In this document: one piece after another, positions 59,239 through 64,000 of the stretch
How the letters are laid out: each line of letters starts with the position of its first letter
How positions within the stretch are numbered: position 1 is the stretch's first letter
Source: Lama guanicoe
Taxonomy: Eukaryota
Assembly (NCBI GenBank): GCA_013239625.1
Contig: MU054391.1
Location: 5,043,824 to 5,107,823, forward strand
Direction of reading: 5' to 3'
Length of the DNA: 64,000 nt
Position numbers and translations under genes: made by a program
Notes under the pieces: generated by a model
What the model was told of the DNA's origin: nothing
The model's input: the letters and a program-made list of their open reading frames with translations, nothing else
The model's database searches: none

Positions 59239-62200
59239 CTGTGACAAAATAAAAAAATAAGTATTTCAAAAGAAGACATTTAAAATGATACTTACAACAT
59301 ATGAAAGTTTATTCTGTGTATATGTACAAAATCCTGAAATTTTTTAACATTAAAAAGAAGACCCCCAGGTATTTCAAAGAGGTCACTCAGGAGCTGCCGT
59401 GTTTGGGGGAGGTTTAGGAGCTGGGGAACGGGGCCCCGCCCCTTACTTTTAAAAGCAGAAAGGCAGGAAGGAAGGAGGGGAGGAGGAAGGAAGGGAAGAC
59501 AAGGCTCATCCTCCAGAAGAAGCCCCGCGTGAGCAGGGATGCAGCCCCGCCTCCTCCCTTCACGCTCTGGGACCTGAGGCCAGGGCTGAGGACCACACGG
59601 GCACCGGATGCACGGCTACCGACTCTGACTCCGGATTTTTCAATAAACTGTGCTGGCTTTTGCCTCAAGGCTTAATTTAAAGATGGAAAGTAAGTTGCCA
59701 GGGAAAATAGGAATAGGTAGAAAATGAAGAGTCCGGTGGGGAAACGTGGAGCAAAAACAGAAAGAGGGAAATGAGGAAAAAGGGGGAGGAGGAAGTCAGG
59801 ATCCCCACTCCAGGCGGCAGGCCTGGGGCGGGGGGGGGTGCTGTTAAAACGCCCTAGAGCAGCATCTACCGCCACAAACCACGCACACGCCACAGGAAGA
59901 GGACTTAGATCTATGTCACAAGCAAGAACATGGCCATTGTTCTTCCATTCTTCATAATCTCTAACTGAATGGATAACTTGGAAAGGAAAAAAAATCCACA
60001 CAAGAAAACTACCAGGCTACATTTTCATCCTTTTTTGCTAGTTTGCAGGCGTCAGTATTAGAGTCCTAACCCTAAGCTACTTGTTGTATTTGGGGCTCTC
60101 GATAAGACAAGGAGTTAGTCGTGCTTTGGCTCATGCAGGCCGTGAGCTCTCCCTCCTGGGAGCATGCCAGACCCCCCCACCCCCCAGGGAAAGGCTGCAG
60201 CAGAAGCAGGCCGGGGGCTCAGACCCCCAGGAAGACCCCGCCCCCACTGCTCAGAGCAGGAGACAGCATCTCCATCACCAGCATCTTTCAATGCATAAAG
60301 AAAGGAGGTGATTTCTCACCACGCCAGCAATGCCAGTGAGGGTTTATTTGAAGCGTTCAGACCACTGGCTAGGAGATGCCCAGACCCCAGAGCTCACAGC
60401 TCCTTGCCCACGTCACAGGCAAGGTCTCGCACAAAGCCCGCCGGGGGTGGTCTGGTGGTGGTCTTCAACTCAAAGTGCGAAAAGAAGGAGGCTTCCTCCC
60501 GGGTTCCCTCAAAGCCAGGCCTTACATTTACACCACTCACTCTCCGGAAATGACTTCTCGGCCAGCCTGACCCCTAGGCTGCTTTCAACACCCAGCTGCC
60601 GGTTTAACTTTGCAAGATATTTTTACATGCCTTTGAGGATTGTAAATATGTCTTATAATTTCCATTTCCCTGGGGGAAAAGAATCATTTTTCTCACCCTC
60701 CCTAATTCCCTTCATAGTTTAGCTCAAAATGAATTATAATATATCCTTTAGCTCTAAATTTTAGTTCTCACAGCTCCTTAAAACATCACAAAAACAACTG
60801 ACAAAATAATTATTAAATTTATTTTATCAACTCAGTGACAAATTAAACCGTTAGGTCTACACACATAAGATGTTACAAAAAGGCAAGATTGTGCTTTTGG
60901 AGTTCACGCCCTCACTGTACACACTGGCTACCCGGGAGCCCCATGCAAGTTCTCCTCCATCAGGTGTGTGGGATGCAGGCTCTCCTGTGAAAGTGAGCTG
61001 GGCTGGGGACTGGGTGATGTGAGGCTGTACTGCTGGTACCAAGAATTATGCTCCCTAAAAGAGAAGGAAAGATGGCGGGGAGCTCCGGACTCCCCACATG
61101 TGGCTCTCTCCACTTCAACTGCTCTTCCTGGAGCTGTTGTGCAAGATTCAAGTCTCAGCTTAGAAGTCCCTTTGTACAAGGGGTTGGGGACAGCTCTCCC
61201 TCAGACAGCCACCTCTGCCCAAATGCAACACACACCCTTCATTTCATCTCGGCTGCTTGTCTTGTTTCCTGCAATGAATTTTTCACATTCATGGGTGTTT
61301 CATTTATCAAATTATGGTGATGTTTTAAAATCTGTCTTTCCTTTTTGGAAGGTCCATGAGATAAAGACCTGACCGTCTTTTTCACCACTGAATCTCTAGT
61401 ACCTAGAACAGTGCCTGGCACAAGGTATGTGCTGAATAAATATTTCTAAAATACCAAATTAACTGAATCTTCTGAGCGTCCAGTCAAGATCTAGTACTGT
61501 AGGTTGACTATACTCCCCCCGACCTGTCCGTTCTCATCTGTGCTTGAAAACATCTACCACACTGCTCTGTAGTTACTTACTTTTCTGTCACCACAAAAAC
61601 CATGAACTTACTGCCTGATTTATCTCTGCACCTTCAGTACCTGACGTACAGTCAGGCTCAAAGTATTAGCTGGTTTGCAAAAGAGTCTCACATCACTTTA
61701 CTGTTTCCTTTACTGATGATCCTTGACGCTGAACATTTCGTTTTAAAGGGGTGGCTGTCCCCTAGCCTTTGTTCCAGCCTGTCTCAGGTGCGTTCAGGGG
61801 TGGCTAACATGAGAGTAAGATGACAGAAGATGAAATAAGTGCTGAGGGACCGTGAAGGAGGATCTTGTAAAGAAAAGTAAAGAAGCACTACGGGGAAAGT
61901 TCAGTAAGGGATGAAGGGAGGAATGAGAGCTCAGAGAGTAAAGCCGAGGGAAAACGGACCGGTGAGTCCATCACAGGCACATGTGCGCATGGGCGGGAGA
62001 CAGACCAGAGTGATGCGGGGGGAGGACCAGCCTCATCCACTGCACAGAACCCAGCGCACGGGGAAAACTCCTCTAAATGAGGACAATCCCGCAGTTTACA
62101 AAGAGATAAACAGGAGTGAGTTTTCTCAACAGTGCAATTTTGTTCATAAATACCTGTCTGGTGACAATTAGAGTGACTTGCACAATTTTCACTTACACCT

Positions 62201-62599
62201 CTGCTGACACTTTAACGACCGGTTTGCTTTGCATCTAGCAGAGCCTCCAACATCTAATCGCTTCCCAGGTCCTAGGAAGTCTGCGATAACTTGACGTGAA
62301 TCAGAAAGACTCCTGTTTCCCTGGGGGAGGCTATGCCACGCAGGAGGGGGAGAAGCCTTTGGCCTCAGCCCCTCCAGCAAGTGAGGTCAGCGCCTGGGTG
62401 GAGCCACTGGACCGTCCACATGATGACATCGTTAGATTAAGGTGAATCACAGGAATTTTCTCCCGCTGACACTCTGCTAGGAACGCGGAAAGATACGGAG
62501 TCTGACTGCTCAAAGTAAGTACTTTAACGGATGAAACAGTTTCAAGTAATATCAAAAAAAATTACTCATCTGATGTAAAGAACCAAAACACTCTGGACT

Positions 62600-62761
62600 T
62601 CTTATGATTTTTTTAAAAAAGGATACAAATTAACTTTGGTTTTTTTTTTAACTAAAACATTGACATGCATTTTTTTCTCTTATGATTTTTTTAAAAAAGG
62701 ATACAAATTAACTTTGGTTTTTTTTTTTTAACTAAAACATTGACATGCATTTTTTTTCTCT
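62600..62761. repeat. Two-copy tandem duplication of ~80 bp
   Basis: Copies start at 62600 and 62678 and are identical except for T-run lengths. Confidence 0.95.
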
Positions 62762-64000
62762 ACAAAGAACGAGAATCACAGGATTTAGTTCTATCACACA
62801 GTAAAACCCAAACTGTAGCAAAACATTAACTGACAGTGAATGCTAAAAAAGAACAATCACTTTCTGGGTTGTTCCATTATCTCCAGGAGACTGCTAAACT
62901 CTAAAGATACCTGCAAACTAATGCTAAACTACATCTAAGAACCTACTAGGTACAAGGTCTATTTGTCACCTAGGGACAAGTGACCAGACGACAGAGGCAA
63001 ACTGCTAACTGTCCACTCTCAGCCATCTCTAAGTACACAGGTGCTCTCTCCTGCACACACAGCAGAACCCGCTGACGCCGATGAACACCACGCACCTGAC
63101 GCCAAAGGAATATGCAGTGAGCGAGAACGGAAAAGGCCGCTGGCTTCCGGGCCATCCATTCACTCATTCCCTTTACTCCCTCGCTCGGAAAACAAGTATT
63201 TAATGAGCACCCACAATGCCCCCGGTGCTGGGGATACGCCCTGAACAAGAGAGGGTTCCCGCCGTCATGGAATTGAGGCTGCTCTGGAGAGAGAGGATAA
63301 TGAGCAAACTAACAGGTAAGTGTATCACAGCCAGACGCTGCCAGGTGCTGAGCAGAACAAAGCAGGGCGGGGAGAGGGAGGGACGGGACGGGCGAGCGTG
63401 AGCCTGGGAGCAGCCCTGCGGAGGTCTGAGGTAAGAATGTTCCAGGAGAAAGAAAACCAAGTTCACCAGCCTCGAGTGGGAAGACTGGGGAGGAGGCTGG
63501 TGTGACTGAAGCAGCTGAGTGAGGACGGGAACGTGCTGCAGACACACAGCAGCAGGGGCGGACCTGGGAGACCTCGGCAGGGCGCCGTGAGGACGCTGGC
63601 TTCCACCTGAGAGAGACTGGGAACGACCGGAGGGTGACGGGCAGAGAGCTAACTTGGTTTTGAATGGATGTATTTGGGCTCTGGGTAGAAAAGACTGGGG
63701 GGTCCCAGGGTGAGGCTAAGAGGTGGAAGGGGACGGGGGCTCAGTTGGGGGTGACAGCACAGGAGGTCTGAGGTGGACGCCGGGCATCTTCTGGTGGTAA
63801 AGACGACAGGATGCGATGATGATCCGATGATGAATTGGATACAGGGCTTGAGGCCTGAGCCCACCAAGGTTTTTGACCAGAGCAACTAATAGAAGGACAG
63901 AGCTGGCTGAGAAGGAAGGCAGGAGGAGCAGGGATTCAGTGTCAGGCAAGTCCAGTGCGAAACACCTATGAGACAACAGGGCAGAAACGTGGGGAACAGA

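Noticed and set aside
59400..64000. Many 60-135 aa ORFs in MBOAT2 intron 4
   Set aside because: GC-rich intronic and L2-derived sequence; none matches MBOAT2 upstream exons or a known protein

Overview
Mammalian genomic DNA, probably camelid (three tRNA-derived SINEs of the Vic-1 type). Two known genes lie in tandem on the minus strand. The first is the 5' part of KIDINS220: a CpG-island promoter and non-coding exon 1 at about 21.2-22.0 kb, and coding exons 2-7 at 1.5-11.4 kb encoding the N-terminal ankyrin repeats. The second is the 3' part of MBOAT2: nine coding exons at 40.7-59.2 kb, numbered 5-13 by analogy to human, and a long 3' UTR probably ending near 34.9 kb. All of these coding exons have GT-AG boundaries and splice in frame. 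The rest is mostly old interspersed repeats (L1, L2, MIR, MER5/MER20, Tigger1 derivative, MLT1) plus a 660-N gap. The most notable unexplained signal is in the nominally intergenic 24.8-34.5 kb. It holds about 14 minus-strand exon-like units with good splice signals, several of which join in one frame with few stops. By eye the peptides loosely resemble a DH (RhoGEF) domain followed by a PH-like domain. This suggests a decayed (unitary pseudo)gene or a spliced transcript between MBOAT2 and KIDINS220. It is inference and needs a homology search. Repeat family names and comparisons to human proteins are from memory, not computed.
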